Origin: an uncultured Pseudobdellovibrionaceae bacterium
Lineage (GTDB): Bacteria; Bdellovibrionota; Bdellovibrionia; Bdellovibrionales; JAGQZY01
Direction of reading: 5' to 3'
NCBI GenBank assembly: GCA_964400355.1
Contig: CAYNTO010000003.1
Coordinates: 84,706-148,705 of the forward strand
DNA: 64,000 nt
The notes beneath the pieces were generated by a model that was not told the origin of the DNA, did not search any database, and saw nothing but the letters and a program-made list of their open reading frames with translations. Below, one piece after another: positions 25,593 through 36,345 of this stretch. Every line of letters starts with the position of its first letter. The stretch's first letter is position 1. The position numbers were made by a program, and so were the translations under genes.

Positions 25593-25952
25593 GGCTTTGT
25601 CCTTCAAACGTTCTATAGAGCTCCAATTATTACAGATTTATTACAATCCCTGTGCCGTTTATTGTTCCTGTGCCACCGTCCAAAACGGGTCCAAATTGAA
25701 GGTCTATAAAGTGTGGAAATGCGTTTAATAATTGCTGTGGTCAACGTTCTGTAGGAATTACCCCTTCGTAAACAAGATCGACGTTTTCATAACCAAGAAA
25801 TAATTACCACCATGCCAAGAAATTAGATAAGAAATTGAAGCGGTTGGCGAATCCTGTTTTAGGCAGTTTTACCATGCCACAAGTGCCTAAAGGTTGAAAA
25901 CGCCCGCAGTCGGGGATACTCTTGAGGCACTTTAAATAGGTGCGGGCTATAT

Positions 25953-27551
25953 ATGAGAATCGGATTAGCACAAATAAATCCTACGATGGGCGACATCGAG
26001 GGCAACACTCAAAAGATCATCGAATATATCGAGCGTTCTCGCGACAAGCATTGTGAGCTTGTCGTCTTTCCGGAGTTGTGCATTTTGGGCTACAATCCCA
26101 ACGATCTTTTGGAGCGCGGGGAAGTTATAGAGAGCCTGCAGAGGGCGGTTAAAAAGATAGCCAAAGCTGTTCCTTCGAAGATGAATGTGATCATTGGCAG
26201 TGTAACCGCTTCCAAGAAAAAAACGACCAAGCCATACCACAATTCCGCAATCGTCCTCGGTGGCAAAGAAACCGTGATATCCAAAACACTTCTACCAAAT
26301 TACGATGTATTTGATGAGGCGAGGTTCATTACTTCTGGTGAGCCGCAAAACCACCTGGTTAAAATTGGTGGGAAGAATGTTTTAGTATTGGTGTGCGAGG
26401 ACATTTGGGGATGGGAACGTACGGAACATAATAATTTCTTGTCACTGTATAAAAATAAAAAAGTGGATGTGGTGATCAACATCAATGGTTCGCCCTTTGC
26501 GCTTTCAAAGCACAAGCGGCGCGAAGCAGTCGTGTCTAGCACTGCTAAATATTTTAAGACCCCGGTAGTGTACGTCAATTGCGTCGGCGGGCAGGACGAA
26601 ATTATTTATGACGGCGGAAGTTTCGTTATGAATGCCAAGGGACAAACTATCGCGCAATCCGCGCGTTTCGTAGAAGATCTCAATGTCGTCGACCTGGGTA
26701 AGAATATCGGAGGCGTGCGCGCCAATGTACAGAAGGATATAGAGACTTTGCAAAACGCTCTCGTTTTAGGAATTCGCGACTTTGCACAGAAGAATAATTT
26801 TAAACATATTCATCTAGGCGTCAGTGGGGGAATCGATTCTGCGGTAGCATTGGTATTAGCTGCAGGCGCCATCGGCCCGCGCAATGTGACAGGCATCGCA
26901 ATGCCAGGGCCATTTTCAGCGGCGGAAAGCTATTCGCAGGCGCAGAAACTGTGTGCGAATATTGGTTGTGGTTTTCACAAATTAGAAATCAAGGAGTCTT
27001 ACGCCTTGATGATGCGCGAGTTTGAGTCGGTTTTTGGTAAGCAGGAGTTTGGTGTACTTCACGAAAACGTTCAGGCTCGGTTGCGCGGTATGTATCTCAT
27101 GATGTATTCAAACCTTAAAAATAGTTTGTTGATCGCAACAGGCAATAAGAGTGAATTCGCTACTGGTTATTCTACTCTTTATGGGGACATGTGTGGCGGT
27201 CTCGCACCGCTGGGAGATTTACTTAAGAACCAAGTTTATGCTATCGCTAAAATTTATAATAAAGAGCATGAATTGATCCCTCCTTATATTATTGAGCGCC
27301 CACCAAGTGCAGAATTGCGCCCCAATCAAAAGGACCAAGACACACTTCCAGCTTATGATGAGCTCGATAAATCTGTGCGTGCGATAGTAGAACAGATAAA
27401 ACCAGCACGCGGAAAAACGGATCACTGGTTGCTTAAAAGGCTAGCAGGTTCAGAATTTAAAAGATGGCAGGCACCTCCTGTGTTGCGTGTTTCTGATCAT
27501 GCTTTTGGCCGCGGCCGACGCATGCCTATTACAAACGCATTTTACCGATGA
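25953..27551 (+). CDS. nadE: glutamine-dependent NAD+ synthetase (CN-hydrolase plus NAD synthase domains)
   Basis: 532 aa. N-terminal nitrilase-like MRIGLAQINPTMGDIEGN...VVFPEL; C-terminal SGGIDSA PP-loop. Confidence 0.93.
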   Translation: MRIGLAQINPTMGDIEGNTQKIIEYIERSRDKHCELVVFPELCILGYNPNDLLERGEVIESLQRAVKKIAKAVPSKMNVIIGSVTASKKKTTKPYHNSAIVLGGKETVISKTLLPNYDVFDEARFITSGEPQNHLVKIGGKNVLVLVCEDIWGWERTEHNNFLSLYKNKKVDVVININGSPFALSKHKRREAVVSSTAKYFKTPVVYVNCVGGQDEIIYDGGSFVMNAKGQTIAQSARFVEDLNVVDLGKNIGGVRANVQKDIETLQNALVLGIRDFAQKNNFKHIHLGVSGGIDSAVALVLAAGAIGPRNVTGIAMPGPFSAAESYSQAQKLCANIGCGFHKLEIKESYALMMREFESVFGKQEFGVLHENVQARLRGMYLMMYSNLKNSLLIATGNKSEFATGYSTLYGDMCGGLAPLGDLLKNQVYAIAKIYNKEHELIPPYIIERPPSAELRPNQKDQDTLPAYDELDKSVRAIVEQIKPARGKTDHWLLKRLAGSEFKRWQAPPVLRVSDHAFGRGRRMPITNAFYR

Positions 27552-27592
27552 AGCTACTTGAGTAATCGCAGTTTCTTTGTTACCCCCAATGT

Positions 27593-28207
27593 ATGCGCTT
27601 TATTGCTTTCGACTTAGAAACTACGGGAACTGTGCCAGGGGTGGATCAAATTGTAGAGATCGGAGCTGTCCGCTACAATAACGGTGCTCCGGAGGCCACT
27701 TTTTCTACTCTCGTAAACCCGCGCCGAAGCATTCCGCCGGGAGCTTCAGCCGTGAATGGCATTACGGACGACATGGTTGTAGGCAAACCATTTATTGAAG
27801 ATCTGTTGGAATCCTTTGCTGAATTCTGTGGAGATCACCCCACTGTCGCGCACAATGCACCCTTCGATGCTCAATTTCTCACTGCCGATATAAAGCGCTT
27901 TGAATCCTCTGCGCCCAAAGGTGTGATCTTGGACACTCTTCCCATTTCACGCAAAGTTTTCCCGGGCTTGGCCAATTATAAATTGGGAACTATTGTTGAT
28001 CATCTCAAGATCCCCGCGGGCACATTTCACCGAGCAGAAGAGGATGCTGGATATTGCGGCCAGATTCTCATCGCTGTGCTTAAAAAGATTTTTGCCAATG
28101 GCGAAGAGATCCGCCTGGACAACCTCATCGCCTTAACAGGCAAAGCCGAATACCGCTTCCCCCAAATCGTAAAGCAACCCAAACAAATCAGCCTCTTCGA
28201 CCTCTAG
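27593..28207 (+). CDS. DEDDh 3'-5' exonuclease, DNA pol III epsilon-like
   Basis: 204 aa. Exo I FIAFDLETTG, Exo II VAHNAPFDAQFL, Exo III HRAEEDA. Confidence 0.85.
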   Translation: MRFIAFDLETTGTVPGVDQIVEIGAVRYNNGAPEATFSTLVNPRRSIPPGASAVNGITDDMVVGKPFIEDLLESFAEFCGDHPTVAHNAPFDAQFLTADIKRFESSAPKGVILDTLPISRKVFPGLANYKLGTIVDHLKIPAGTFHRAEEDAGYCGQILIAVLKKIFANGEEIRLDNLIALTGKAEYRFPQIVKQPKQISLFDL

Positions 28208-28214
28208 GGTGCCG

Positions 28215-29432
28215 CTAACGGATGTAGAAGTTGTTGGTGTAGATCCAGGGTATCCAGCGCAACTCTCCCGGAATTGGAAGTTGTACGCGAACGCGCACTT
28301 GTACACGGTAGACACCAGGCTCAGTGATGTTTATCTCTGCTTTGGAGTCACGAGTCTTTTGAAGTTCCAAGCCGTCTTTATATATTCGAATTTCAACAGC
28401 TTTGGTATTGAGAGCGGGGACATCGACAATCAAGGTGGGTTGAGAGACGAGAGGTACACTGTCCCCCATCAAATAGTCGCGATCCTTGGTCTTAATGTAG
28501 GCGGCGAAGCCTCTCGGATTCGCAACAGCATCAAGCGCAAAATAAAAATTTCCTGCCGTAAACGCATTGTGAATTTTTTCTGCATCCAATGCGTATACCC
28601 CAGTCAGTTCTGACTTCATTAACAGATGGTTGCTGCCAAAGCGGAAGGAATCCTCGTAGCGAGGAAATGGGATTTTGAGCGAGCCTACGTTGAACAACTG
28701 ACCGGTAGCGTGGCTCCCCAGAAGGCCCAGGGTCTTTTGCTTTTGATTGAGCGTATCCCACAATTGCAATTCACGCTGAGGCTCCTGGACCAGTCTCAGT
28801 AGGGCAATTTTGGGGTTGAACAAATACAGTAGGCAGCTCCACGCAAATGATACTTTGCTAGAAATCCACTTCTGTTGCCACATATGACGGAGGTTCATCA
28901 CCTCAATACCCTGGAGCCCTGATGGGTAACCATCACTGGTCCACTCATTTCCTTTTTTAAAGGGGTGGGCCAGGACAGTGAGAGTGGCAGCGGTTTCTCC
29001 GGGAACCTTGTTCAATAAATCGCTCAGCACAGCATGAGACGCACCAATGGAATCCACGTGGGATAAGTTTTGCAAACTGTAAACGAGAAAATGCGAATCT
29101 AGGTAGCTGAGCTTTTTCGCGGTGAATACGGCCACATCGTCGTTGTAACTAAAGTTTGAATGAGTGGAATCAAAATCATTGTAGTCCGTAATGTAAACAA
29201 AATCCATTCCCGCGCTATCGGCATCAATGAGCATCTCAGCGGGAGTTGATCCGCCCTGAGAATAAGACGTCATAACGTGGGTAGTACCGCGGTAGTCATA
29301 AAATTTTTTATGTGGATTTGAAATGGCATCGGCATTGAGTTGCAAATCATAGCGGCTTAAGAAAATGCCGAATATTAAAAAGCCTATGATCAGTAGACCA
29401 AAAGCAAGTGTTAGAAAGCGAGCTATACGCAT
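28215..29432 (-). CDS. membrane-anchored protein with degenerate PHP-like domain
   Basis: 405 aa with an N-terminal TM. GTTHVMTSYSQGGSTPAEMLIDADSAGMDFVYITDYNDF parallels the PHP consensus DLHVHTxxSDG...G.dfiaiTDHN, but several metal-binding His residues are replaced (M, Q, Y). 15 nt downstream of rodZ. Confidence 0.4.
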   Translation of the reverse strand: MRIARFLTLAFGLLIIGFLIFGIFLSRYDLQLNADAISNPHKKFYDYRGTTHVMTSYSQGGSTPAEMLIDADSAGMDFVYITDYNDFDSTHSNFSYNDDVAVFTAKKLSYLDSHFLVYSLQNLSHVDSIGASHAVLSDLLNKVPGETAATLTVLAHPFKKGNEWTSDGYPSGLQGIEVMNLRHMWQQKWISSKVSFAWSCLLYLFNPKIALLRLVQEPQRELQLWDTLNQKQKTLGLLGSHATGQLFNVGSLKIPFPRYEDSFRFGSNHLLMKSELTGVYALDAEKIHNAFTAGNFYFALDAVANPRGFAAYIKTKDRDYLMGDSVPLVSQPTLIVDVPALNTKAVEIRIYKDGLELQKTRDSKAEINITEPGVYRVQVRVRVQLPIPGELRWIPWIYTNNFYIR

Positions 29433-29447
29433 AAAACTGAACGGACG

Positions 29448-30332
29448 CTAATCAAAGTTCATTGTCTTTGGCTGACCAAGTTCTCCGGGAACGCCGATTT
29501 CCTTTTCGTGAGTGGTAATACCAACGCCGCCTGCATTATTAATCTGTAATTTTAATTTGTCGGCGTAATAGAATATATGTTTACCGTTGTTTTTTAGCTT
29601 AACGCTTTCCTTTTTTCCGGTACTCCAACTGGCCTCGATCTCAACACTTTCGAATGCCTCGATCGTCACCATTTTTGGCTTTGCGGGAGGGGCGGCGGCC
29701 TGAGGTTTTTCTTCGACAGCTTTGTCTTTGGCCTTTTCCGTTACAGGCGTTGTGGTTGGTGCTGCGGGTTGGGGTAAGGATAAGCTTTCTTCTTTGACTA
29801 GCTCTTCCGATGCTGTGGAACTCGAGGGCGAGCTGGCGGCAACTGCGGCGGCAGTGGCATCTTTATCCTCGGTCAGGTCCGAAGTGGCCACATCGGTGCG
29901 CGCCTCCTGTGAGTACGAAATCAGTTTCATACTAAAAAAGTAAATGGCGGTAACTAACGCAAAAATCACTAACACGCCACCGGCGGTCAAAAATTTGGAA
30001 GAGGTGCGGAACCACAGCACATTGGTTTTGTTGCGAATCTCGTTGTCATCAAGCTTGGCCACAGGTGCGGCAGTATTCTTGGGTTGCGCTCCGGTTATTC
30101 CCGAATGCTCCTGTTCAAACATCTTAACAATAGAAACAGGGTCGAGGCCTAAAGCTTGAGCATACTGTTTTAAAAATCCTTTTACAAAAATGACACTGCG
30201 AAAATCACCCAGCTCGCCATCTTCGAGAGACCGGAGAATATGCAATTGGATCTTCGTTTGCGAAGATATTTCCTCAAGCGATAAGTGCTTTTCGGCCCGT
30301 GTTTTTTTTAAGAGTTCGCTAGTTTCGTTCAT
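29448..30332 (-). CDS. rodZ: cytoskeleton/cell-shape protein RodZ (HTH plus TM plus C-terminal domain)
   Basis: 294 aa. N-terminal XRE-type HTH LSLEEISSQTKIQLHILRSLEDGE..VFVKGFLKQYAQALGLD; central TM; Pro/Ala-rich linker. Conserved pilF-rodZ neighbourhood. Confidence 0.75.
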   Translation of the reverse strand: MNETSELLKKTRAEKHLSLEEISSQTKIQLHILRSLEDGELGDFRSVIFVKGFLKQYAQALGLDPVSIVKMFEQEHSGITGAQPKNTAAPVAKLDDNEIRNKTNVLWFRTSSKFLTAGGVLVIFALVTAIYFFSMKLISYSQEARTDVATSDLTEDKDATAAAVAASSPSSSTASEELVKEESLSLPQPAAPTTTPVTEKAKDKAVEEKPQAAAPPAKPKMVTIEAFESVEIEASWSTGKKESVKLKNNGKHIFYYADKLKLQINNAGGVGITTHEKEIGVPGELGQPKTMNFD

Positions 30333-30334
30333 AA

Positions 30335-31108
30335 TTACAATTTATTAAGTTTCATGAGTTCAAGCATCTCGCGACTTTTCTTCTCATAGTCACCTTGATT
30401 ATAGAGTAATATAGTCTCGTTCATCAAAGCAATGCCTTTGGTTCTTTGACCCGCCTTAAAATAGGCTATAGCGGCGTAATAATGGGCCTCGTCAAAGTTG
30501 ATTTTCTGGCACATAGGCATAGCCAAATCAAATAACGGCAGGGCTCGCTTGTAATCTTTAATTTCAAAGTAGGAGCGAGCATAAAGTGTCATGGCAAAAC
30601 ACGAATTTTTGTTTTCGCGCAGCGATTTTTCTAAATAGGGGAGGCCATCGCGGTACCGCTGCTGTTTAAAGTAACTGTATCCGAGGTTCATATTTGCAGC
30701 CGAGATATTTTTGTAGGTGAGATCAGCAAATACAATTTGCAGTTCTTTCCGCGCTTTTTCCTCTTCGCCCTGTTCGATGAGAGTGCGTGCGAGATTGTTG
30801 CGAGCCTCTGTATAGTCGCTGTCGATGGATAAGGCGCTATGAAAGTGCTTGTTGGCGATGGCGAATTTTTTGAACAACAGGTAGCAAATGCCCAGGTAGT
30901 TTTGGATTTCTTTGTTATTGGGATCCAGTTTTTCTGCTTTTAGAAAGGCGCCAAGCGCATCTTGTTTTACCCCGGCGGAGAGGTGTTTAACTCCCAGATC
31001 CATATACAATAGCGCTGTTTTTGGATCTTGATGGGCAGTCTGGCATGCGGAGAGCCCAAAAACCAAAGTTAGGGAAACTAAGACGGAGAAAACAAGGTGT
31101 CTATACAT
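30335..31108 (-). CDS. TPR-repeat lipoprotein, PilF/PilW-like
   Basis: 257 aa. Lipobox VFGLSAC and multiple TPR repeats. The ndk-(pilF/pilW)-rodZ order is as in gammaproteobacteria. Confidence 0.55.
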   Translation of the reverse strand: MYRHLVFSVLVSLTLVFGLSACQTAHQDPKTALLYMDLGVKHLSAGVKQDALGAFLKAEKLDPNNKEIQNYLGICYLLFKKFAIANKHFHSALSIDSDYTEARNNLARTLIEQGEEEKARKELQIVFADLTYKNISAANMNLGYSYFKQQRYRDGLPYLEKSLRENKNSCFAMTLYARSYFEIKDYKRALPLFDLAMPMCQKINFDEAHYYAAIAYFKAGQRTKGIALMNETILLYNQGDYEKKSREMLELMKLNKL

Positions 31109-31183
31109 ACCAATAGTATATCGGGCATTTTAGATACGATGAAGCTGTGCTGCGCTAAAATTCCTACAGCTCAGGAGTGGAGC

Positions 31184-31208
31184 AAAAAAAGGAGACCGCA
31201 AGGTCTCC
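31184..31208 (-). terminator. intrinsic terminator downstream of ndk
   Basis: Minus strand: GGAGACC-ttgc-GGTCTCC followed by TTTTTTT. Preceded by a second GC-rich hairpin (31224-31250). Confidence 0.75.
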
Positions 31209-31259
31209 CCAGTCACGTTCGACTGCCGGGCTGGAAGGGTTCCCAGCCGGCGATGCAAA

Positions 31260-31685
31260 CTATTTATTTACGAACTCTGTCTCTTTAAAGAACAGGTTCA
31301 GTTCGCGCATAGCACTTTGGGGGCTGTCTGATCCATGGACGGCATTCTCGCCCACATTGTCTCCGTAGAGCGCGCGAATCGTGCCAGCATCGGCCTTTTT
31401 GGGATCTGTCGCACCCATAATTTCGCGATTTTTGGCAACGGCGTTTTCACCAGACAAAGCCATGAGTAACACTGGACCGGAAGTCATGAATGTAACGAGT
31501 TCACCGAAAAATGGACGCTCTTTGTGTTCTGCGTAGAATTCTTCGCACTGTGCTTTTTCGATGCGAGCCAATTTTGCAGCCGCAACTTTTAAGCCGTTTT
31601 TTTCGAAGAGCGCGATGATCGGCCCTATAGCGTTCTTTTTAACGGCGTTTGGCTTAATGATACTAAATGTAAGTTCTGTTCCCAT
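31260..31685 (-). CDS. ndk: nucleoside diphosphate kinase
   Basis: 141 aa from ATG 31685 (AAGGAG upstream). [10 protein letters not shown] and NAVHGSDS active-site motifs. Confidence 0.95.
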   Translation of the reverse strand: MGTELTFSIIKPNAVKKNAIGPIIALFEKNGLKVAAAKLARIEKAQCEEFYAEHKERPFFGELVTFMTSGPVLLMALSGENAVAKNREIMGATDPKKADAGTIRALYGDNVGENAVHGSDSPQSAMRELNLFFKETEFVNK

Positions 31686-31741
31686 GTTATCTCCTTTTAA
31701 GTTTTTCAATTTATAAAATTCAATCTTCTCTTTGTGGAAAG

Positions 31742-32611
31742 CTAGCGCAGGCTAGCTTTCAGGGTCGTTCCCAGGTCTGCTGGACTGCGAGAAACACTGC
31801 AACCGGCGGCCGCAAGGGCTTCGAATTTTCCTTCAGCAGTATCATTGCCACCCGTGACGATCGCACCGGCGTGGCCCATACGTTTGCCTTTAGGTGCAGT
31901 GGCGCCGGCAATAAAAACTGTGACGGGCTTTTTGAATTCACGCTTGATGTACTCCGCCGCATCGAGTTCCGCGCCGCCGCCGATTTCACCGATCATGATC
32001 ACTGCGTCCGTATCTTTGTCTTTATTAAAGAGTTCCAACACGTCAACGAAGTTTGTGCCATTGACAGGGTCGCCACCAATGCCCACGCAGGTGCTCTGCC
32101 CCAAACCGACAGCAGTGAGTTGATGAACCGCTTCGTACGTCAGAGTGCCCGAACGCGACAGAACACCAATGCGTCCCGCTTTATGAATGTGACCCGGCAT
32201 AATGCCGATTTTGCACTGGTCGGGGGTAATCACGCCAGGGCAGTTGGGTCCTACGAGACGCGATTTTTTGCCCTTCATGAACTGGCGCACTTTCACCATG
32301 TCGTTGATGGGAATGCCTTCTGTAATACAAACAATCAACGCGATCTCAGCAGCAACCGCTTCCATAATAGCATCGGCTGCGAACGGAGGTGGAACGTAGA
32401 TTACCGATGCGTTGGCGCCGGTGCGCTCCTTGGCCTCGCCAACGGTATCAAAAATAGGAAGGTCTAAGTGCTTCGTGCCGCCTTTTCCAGGAGTCACGCC
32501 ACCGACCATTTTAGTACCGTACTTAATAGCTTGTTCGGTGTGGAATGTACCTTGGGCGCCAGTGATGCCCTGGCAAATCACTTTGGTGTTGGAATCGATC
32601 ATAATAGCCAT
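31742..32611 (-). CDS. sucD: succinyl-CoA synthetase alpha subunit
   Basis: 289 aa. [13 protein letters not shown] and SRSGTLTYE motifs; phosphohistidine loop MGHAGAI. Confidence 0.95.
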   Translation of the reverse strand: MAIMIDSNTKVICQGITGAQGTFHTEQAIKYGTKMVGGVTPGKGGTKHLDLPIFDTVGEAKERTGANASVIYVPPPFAADAIMEAVAAEIALIVCITEGIPINDMVKVRQFMKGKKSRLVGPNCPGVITPDQCKIGIMPGHIHKAGRIGVLSRSGTLTYEAVHQLTAVGLGQSTCVGIGGDPVNGTNFVDVLELFNKDKDTDAVIMIGEIGGGAELDAAEYIKREFKKPVTVFIAGATAPKGKRMGHAGAIVTGGNDTAEGKFEALAAAGCSVSRSPADLGTTLKASLR

Positions 32612-33780
32612 TATTTACCTGCCTTTACTGCTGCAGTGATTTTTTTAGCAGCGTCCGCGAGGTCGTCTGCCGGAGTGATGTTGAGACCGCTATTTGCAAG
32701 TATCTTTTTACCCAGGTCCACATTTGTACCTTCGAGGCGCACCACGAGGGGAACTTTTAGGCCGACTTCTTTAGAAGCCGCAATCACGCCTTCGGCAATG
32801 ATGTCGCACTTCATGATTCCGCCAAAGATATTCACGAGAATGCCCTTAACGTTCGGATCCTTAAGTATGATCTTAAACGCCGCCGTCACTTTTTCTTTAT
32901 TCGCACCACCGCCAACATCGAGGAAATTGGCAGGAGCACCGCCATGGAGCTTAATAATATCCATGGTCGCCATTGCAAGGCCAGCGCCGTTCACCAAACA
33001 GCCGATGTTGCCATCGAGCTTAATAAAGGCAAGATCGTATTTGCCGGCTTCGGTTTCAGAAGGTTCTTCTTCGGTGACATCACGCAGTTCGGCGAGAGAG
33101 GGGTGGCGAAAAATGGCGTTGTCATCGAAGCTCACTTTTGCATCGAGTGCAAGGACGTTGCCGTCTTCTGTTGTTACGAGGGGATTGATTTCGATCATGG
33201 CGCAGTCGTTAGCCATATAAGTCTTGTAGAGACCAACAAATAAAGCAGCCGCTTTGATCGCCGTTTTACCTTCCATGCCGAGTGCAAACGCCAAGTCGCG
33301 CGCTTGGAAATCTTGAAGACCCACAGTCGGATCCACATTGACGTGGAAGATCTTCTCTGGGGTTTTTTCCGCGACTTCTTCGATGTCCATGCCGCCTTCT
33401 GGGCTAGCCATAATGCCGACTCTGCCTTTATCGCGATCGAGGAAAAGGGCAGCGTAGTATTCTTTTTTAATCGCGCAACCTTGCTCAATATAAACTTTGT
33501 GAACTTTTTTGCCCTCAGGTCCAGTTTGCGGAGTGACGAGCGTCATGCCGAGGATCTTGGAGGATAGCGATTCCACCTCTTCAAGGCTCTTTGCGACTTT
33601 CACACCGCCGCCTTTGCCGCGTCCGCCAGCATGGATTTGAGCCTTTACAACCCAAACACTGCCACCCATTTCTTTTGCGGCGGCAACAGCTTCATTGGGA
33701 GTGTGGGCAAGCTTGCCCTTAAGGACCGGCACCCCGGTCTGTCTAAAAATTTCTTTTGCTTGATACTCATGAATATTCAT
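32611..33780 (-). CDS. sucC: succinyl-CoA synthetase beta subunit
   Basis: 389 aa. [13 protein letters not shown]-terminus and ATP-grasp motifs. 1-nt stop/start overlap with sucD. Confidence 0.95.
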   Translation of the reverse strand: MNIHEYQAKEIFRQTGVPVLKGKLAHTPNEAVAAAKEMGGSVWVVKAQIHAGGRGKGGGVKVAKSLEEVESLSSKILGMTLVTPQTGPEGKKVHKVYIEQGCAIKKEYYAALFLDRDKGRVGIMASPEGGMDIEEVAEKTPEKIFHVNVDPTVGLQDFQARDLAFALGMEGKTAIKAAALFVGLYKTYMANDCAMIEINPLVTTEDGNVLALDAKVSFDDNAIFRHPSLAELRDVTEEEPSETEAGKYDLAFIKLDGNIGCLVNGAGLAMATMDIIKLHGGAPANFLDVGGGANKEKVTAAFKIILKDPNVKGILVNIFGGIMKCDIIAEGVIAASKEVGLKVPLVVRLEGTNVDLGKKILANSGLNITPADDLADAAKKITAAVKAGK

Positions 33781-33801
33781 TCGTTTTTACTCCAGTAGTG
33801 T

Positions 33802-34746
33802 TTAGTAATCCAGCTTGTTCACAGCTTCCACGAGGTCCACCACGGCTTTGCGGGAAACTTCGAGACCTGCTTTTTCTGTGTCATTGAGTTTGAGTTCGAT
33901 CACGCGCTCAAGGCCATTGCCACCAAGCACACACGGTACACCAATAAACAGATCGTTGATGCCATACTCTCCGCTCAGCGAGGCTGCGCACGGGAGAATA
34001 CGATGTTGATCCTTTAAGATCGCCTCTGCCATCTGTACCGCACTGGCGGATGGAGCATAATAGGCGGAACCGGTCTTGAGGAGTTCAACGATCTCGGCTC
34101 CACCTTTGCGAGTTCTTTCCACCAGGGCATCGATCTTCTCTTTGGGTAAATACTCAGTGAGTGGCACGCCGCCGATGGAGCAATGTCTTGGCATTGGCAC
34201 CATGGTGTCGCCGTGGCCACCTAAAACGAACGCCTGGATGTCTTTTACACTGATACCGGTGGCCTCAGCGATGAACGAGCGGAAACGAGCGCCATCGAGA
34301 ACGCCGGCCATTCCAAGCACACGATTTTTAGGAAAGCCTAAAACTTTTTGCGCAACGTAAGCCATTGCATCGAGAGGGTTGCTCACCACGATCACAACGG
34401 AGTTGGGTGCGTATTTTTTTACACCTTCGCACGCTGTTTTCATAATTTTCGCATTGGTTGCCAAAAGATCGTCGCGGCTCATGCCCGGTTTACGAGGAAT
34501 TCCAGCAGTAATGATCACAACATCTGAATCAGCGATATCTTTGTAATCGGCGGTGCCGGTAACGCGCGAATCGAAACCCTCAACAGGAGACGCCTCAAAC
34601 AGATCGAGCGCTTTCCCTTTTGCAGCGCCATCGTTGATATCTAGAAGAACAACATCAGCCAGTTCTTTGGCCGCGGCCCAGTGGGCACACGTGGATCCAA
34701 CGAATCCAGCACCAATGACAGCTAGTTTTTTGCGCGTATGTTTCAT
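33802..34746 (-). CDS. mdh: malate dehydrogenase (LDH-like family)
   Basis: 314 aa. [13 protein letters not shown] Rossmann motif, [25 protein letters not shown]. Confidence 0.92.
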   Translation of the reverse strand: MKHTRKKLAVIGAGFVGSTCAHWAAAKELADVVLLDINDGAAKGKALDLFEASPVEGFDSRVTGTADYKDIADSDVVIITAGIPRKPGMSRDDLLATNAKIMKTACEGVKKYAPNSVVIVVSNPLDAMAYVAQKVLGFPKNRVLGMAGVLDGARFRSFIAEATGISVKDIQAFVLGGHGDTMVPMPRHCSIGGVPLTEYLPKEKIDALVERTRKGGAEIVELLKTGSAYYAPSASAVQMAEAILKDQHRILPCAASLSGEYGINDLFIGVPCVLGGNGLERVIELKLNDTEKAGLEVSRKAVVDLVEAVNKLDY

Positions 34747-35034
34747 AAAGACTCCTCCTCAAGAGTATAATGTGCGAGCGTCGAGCCCGGGTCGGGGCGC
34801 GGCTCCGTTAAACTGTAAGAACAGAAAAAATGCAAATTTAGAACAGTTAGTCTTCTCATAATTTCATTCGCAAAACACTCATTTTTGAAAGTTTCTGTAG
34901 GTAAATATTAACGCCCCGCTCAAGGTCATAGACCCATCGACAACGCCAACCATTTCTGAATATATTGTCCCATTATCTAATCGCTCATTTCCACGACTTC
35001 GGCTGTGGAAGTGGCTTTGCGCAGGAAGGAATTC

Positions 35035-36258
35035 ATGACAAAAATCAAAGTGGCAAATCCGGTTGTGGAGCTCGATGGTGACGAAATGACTCGTATCATT
35101 TGGCAGTTTATTCGCGAAAAACTCATCACACCGTATCTTGATGTGGATATTAAGTACTTTGATCTTGGTATGGAGAGCCGCGATAAAACCGACGACAAAA
35201 TCACGGTAGAGGCCGCCGAAGCGATTAAAAAATACAATGTGGGCATTAAATGCGCGACCATCACTCCCGATGAAGCCCGCGTGAGTGAGTTCAAGCTCAA
35301 ACAGATGTGGAAGTCGCCCAATGGCACGATTCGTAACATTCTCGACGGCACCGTGTTTCGCGAGCCGATCATTATTAAAAACATTCCACGCTTGGTGCCT
35401 CACTGGAGCCAACCGATTTGCATTGGGCGTCACGCATTTGGTGATCAGTACCGTGCCACGGATTTCGTCACCAAAGGCAAAGGCAAACTGACCATTACTT
35501 TTGAGGGTGAAAATGGTGAAAAAATATCCCATGAGGTCTACAACTTTAAGGGCGATGGCGTGGCGCTTGCCATGTACAACACCGACGAATCCATTCGCGG
35601 ATTTGCTGAATCGTGCTTTAACGTGGCATTGCAAAAAAAATGGCCGCTGTATCTTTCCACCAAAAATACGATTCTAAAAAAATACGACGGTCGCTTTAAA
35701 GATATTTTCCAAGACGTATACGACACAAAGTTTGCCGGGAAGTTCAAAGAATTGGGTCTCAGCTATGAACATCGTTTGATCGACGACATGGTCGCAGCTG
35801 CTATCAAATGGAACGGTGGTTTTGTTTGGGCCTGTAAGAACTACGATGGCGACGTGCAGTCCGACATCGTCGCGCAAGGTTTTGGTTCGTTGGGATTAAT
35901 GACCTCTGTGTTGGTGACTCCGGACGGAAAAACGATGGAAGCGGAGGCCGCTCACGGAACGGTGACTCGCCACTATCGCATGCACCAACAAGGGAAACCC
36001 ACGTCGACCAATCCTATTGCGTCCATCTTTGCGTGGACTCGTGGCCTCGAGCATCGTGGAAATCTCGATGGCAACAAAGACCTCATTCGCTTTTGCCACA
36101 CTCTCGAGCGCGTATGTATCGAAACTGTCGAATCGGGAAAAATGACCAAGGACTTAGCGGCCTGTATCCACGGTGACAAAGTAACGCCCGATAAATACAT
36201 GAACACGGTCCCGTTTTTAGAGGCCATCGACGATAACCTGAGAAAAGCATTGAATTGA
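35035..36258 (+). CDS. icd: NADP-dependent isocitrate dehydrogenase (IDH1/2-like homodimeric type)
   Basis: 407 aa from ATG 35035 (AGGAAGGA upstream). [23 protein letters not shown] and NYDGDVQSD motifs. Confidence 0.92.
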   Translation: MTKIKVANPVVELDGDEMTRIIWQFIREKLITPYLDVDIKYFDLGMESRDKTDDKITVEAAEAIKKYNVGIKCATITPDEARVSEFKLKQMWKSPNGTIRNILDGTVFREPIIIKNIPRLVPHWSQPICIGRHAFGDQYRATDFVTKGKGKLTITFEGENGEKISHEVYNFKGDGVALAMYNTDESIRGFAESCFNVALQKKWPLYLSTKNTILKKYDGRFKDIFQDVYDTKFAGKFKELGLSYEHRLIDDMVAAAIKWNGGFVWACKNYDGDVQSDIVAQGFGSLGLMTSVLVTPDGKTMEAEAAHGTVTRHYRMHQQGKPTSTNPIASIFAWTRGLEHRGNLDGNKDLIRFCHTLERVCIETVESGKMTKDLAACIHGDKVTPDKYMNTVPFLEAIDDNLRKALN

Positions 36259-36272
36259 TCTTAACCGTTTGG

Positions 36273-36300
36273 GCTGCTGATAGATTCAGCAGCTGCGCAT
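36273..36300 (+). terminator. candidate terminator after icd
   Basis: GCTGCTGA-tagat-TCAGCAGC 8-bp hairpin. The downstream T-tract is weak (tgcgcATTTTc). Confidence 0.4.
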
Positions 36301-36345
36301 TTTCACATATATATAGACAAGGATAATGTCTATGGAGGCCGTTCT

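Noticed and set aside
31871-33220. Long plus-strand ORFs (198 and 250 aa) opposite sucD and sucC
   Set aside because: They are shadow frames of highly conserved TCA genes. The Ala/Ser/Pro-rich composition is typical of the antisense strand of GC-biased codons.
34879-35634. 251-aa minus-strand ORF opposite icd
   Set aside because: It is antisense to a textbook IDH sequence and contains no motifs. It extends into the mdh-icd intergenic region only by chance.
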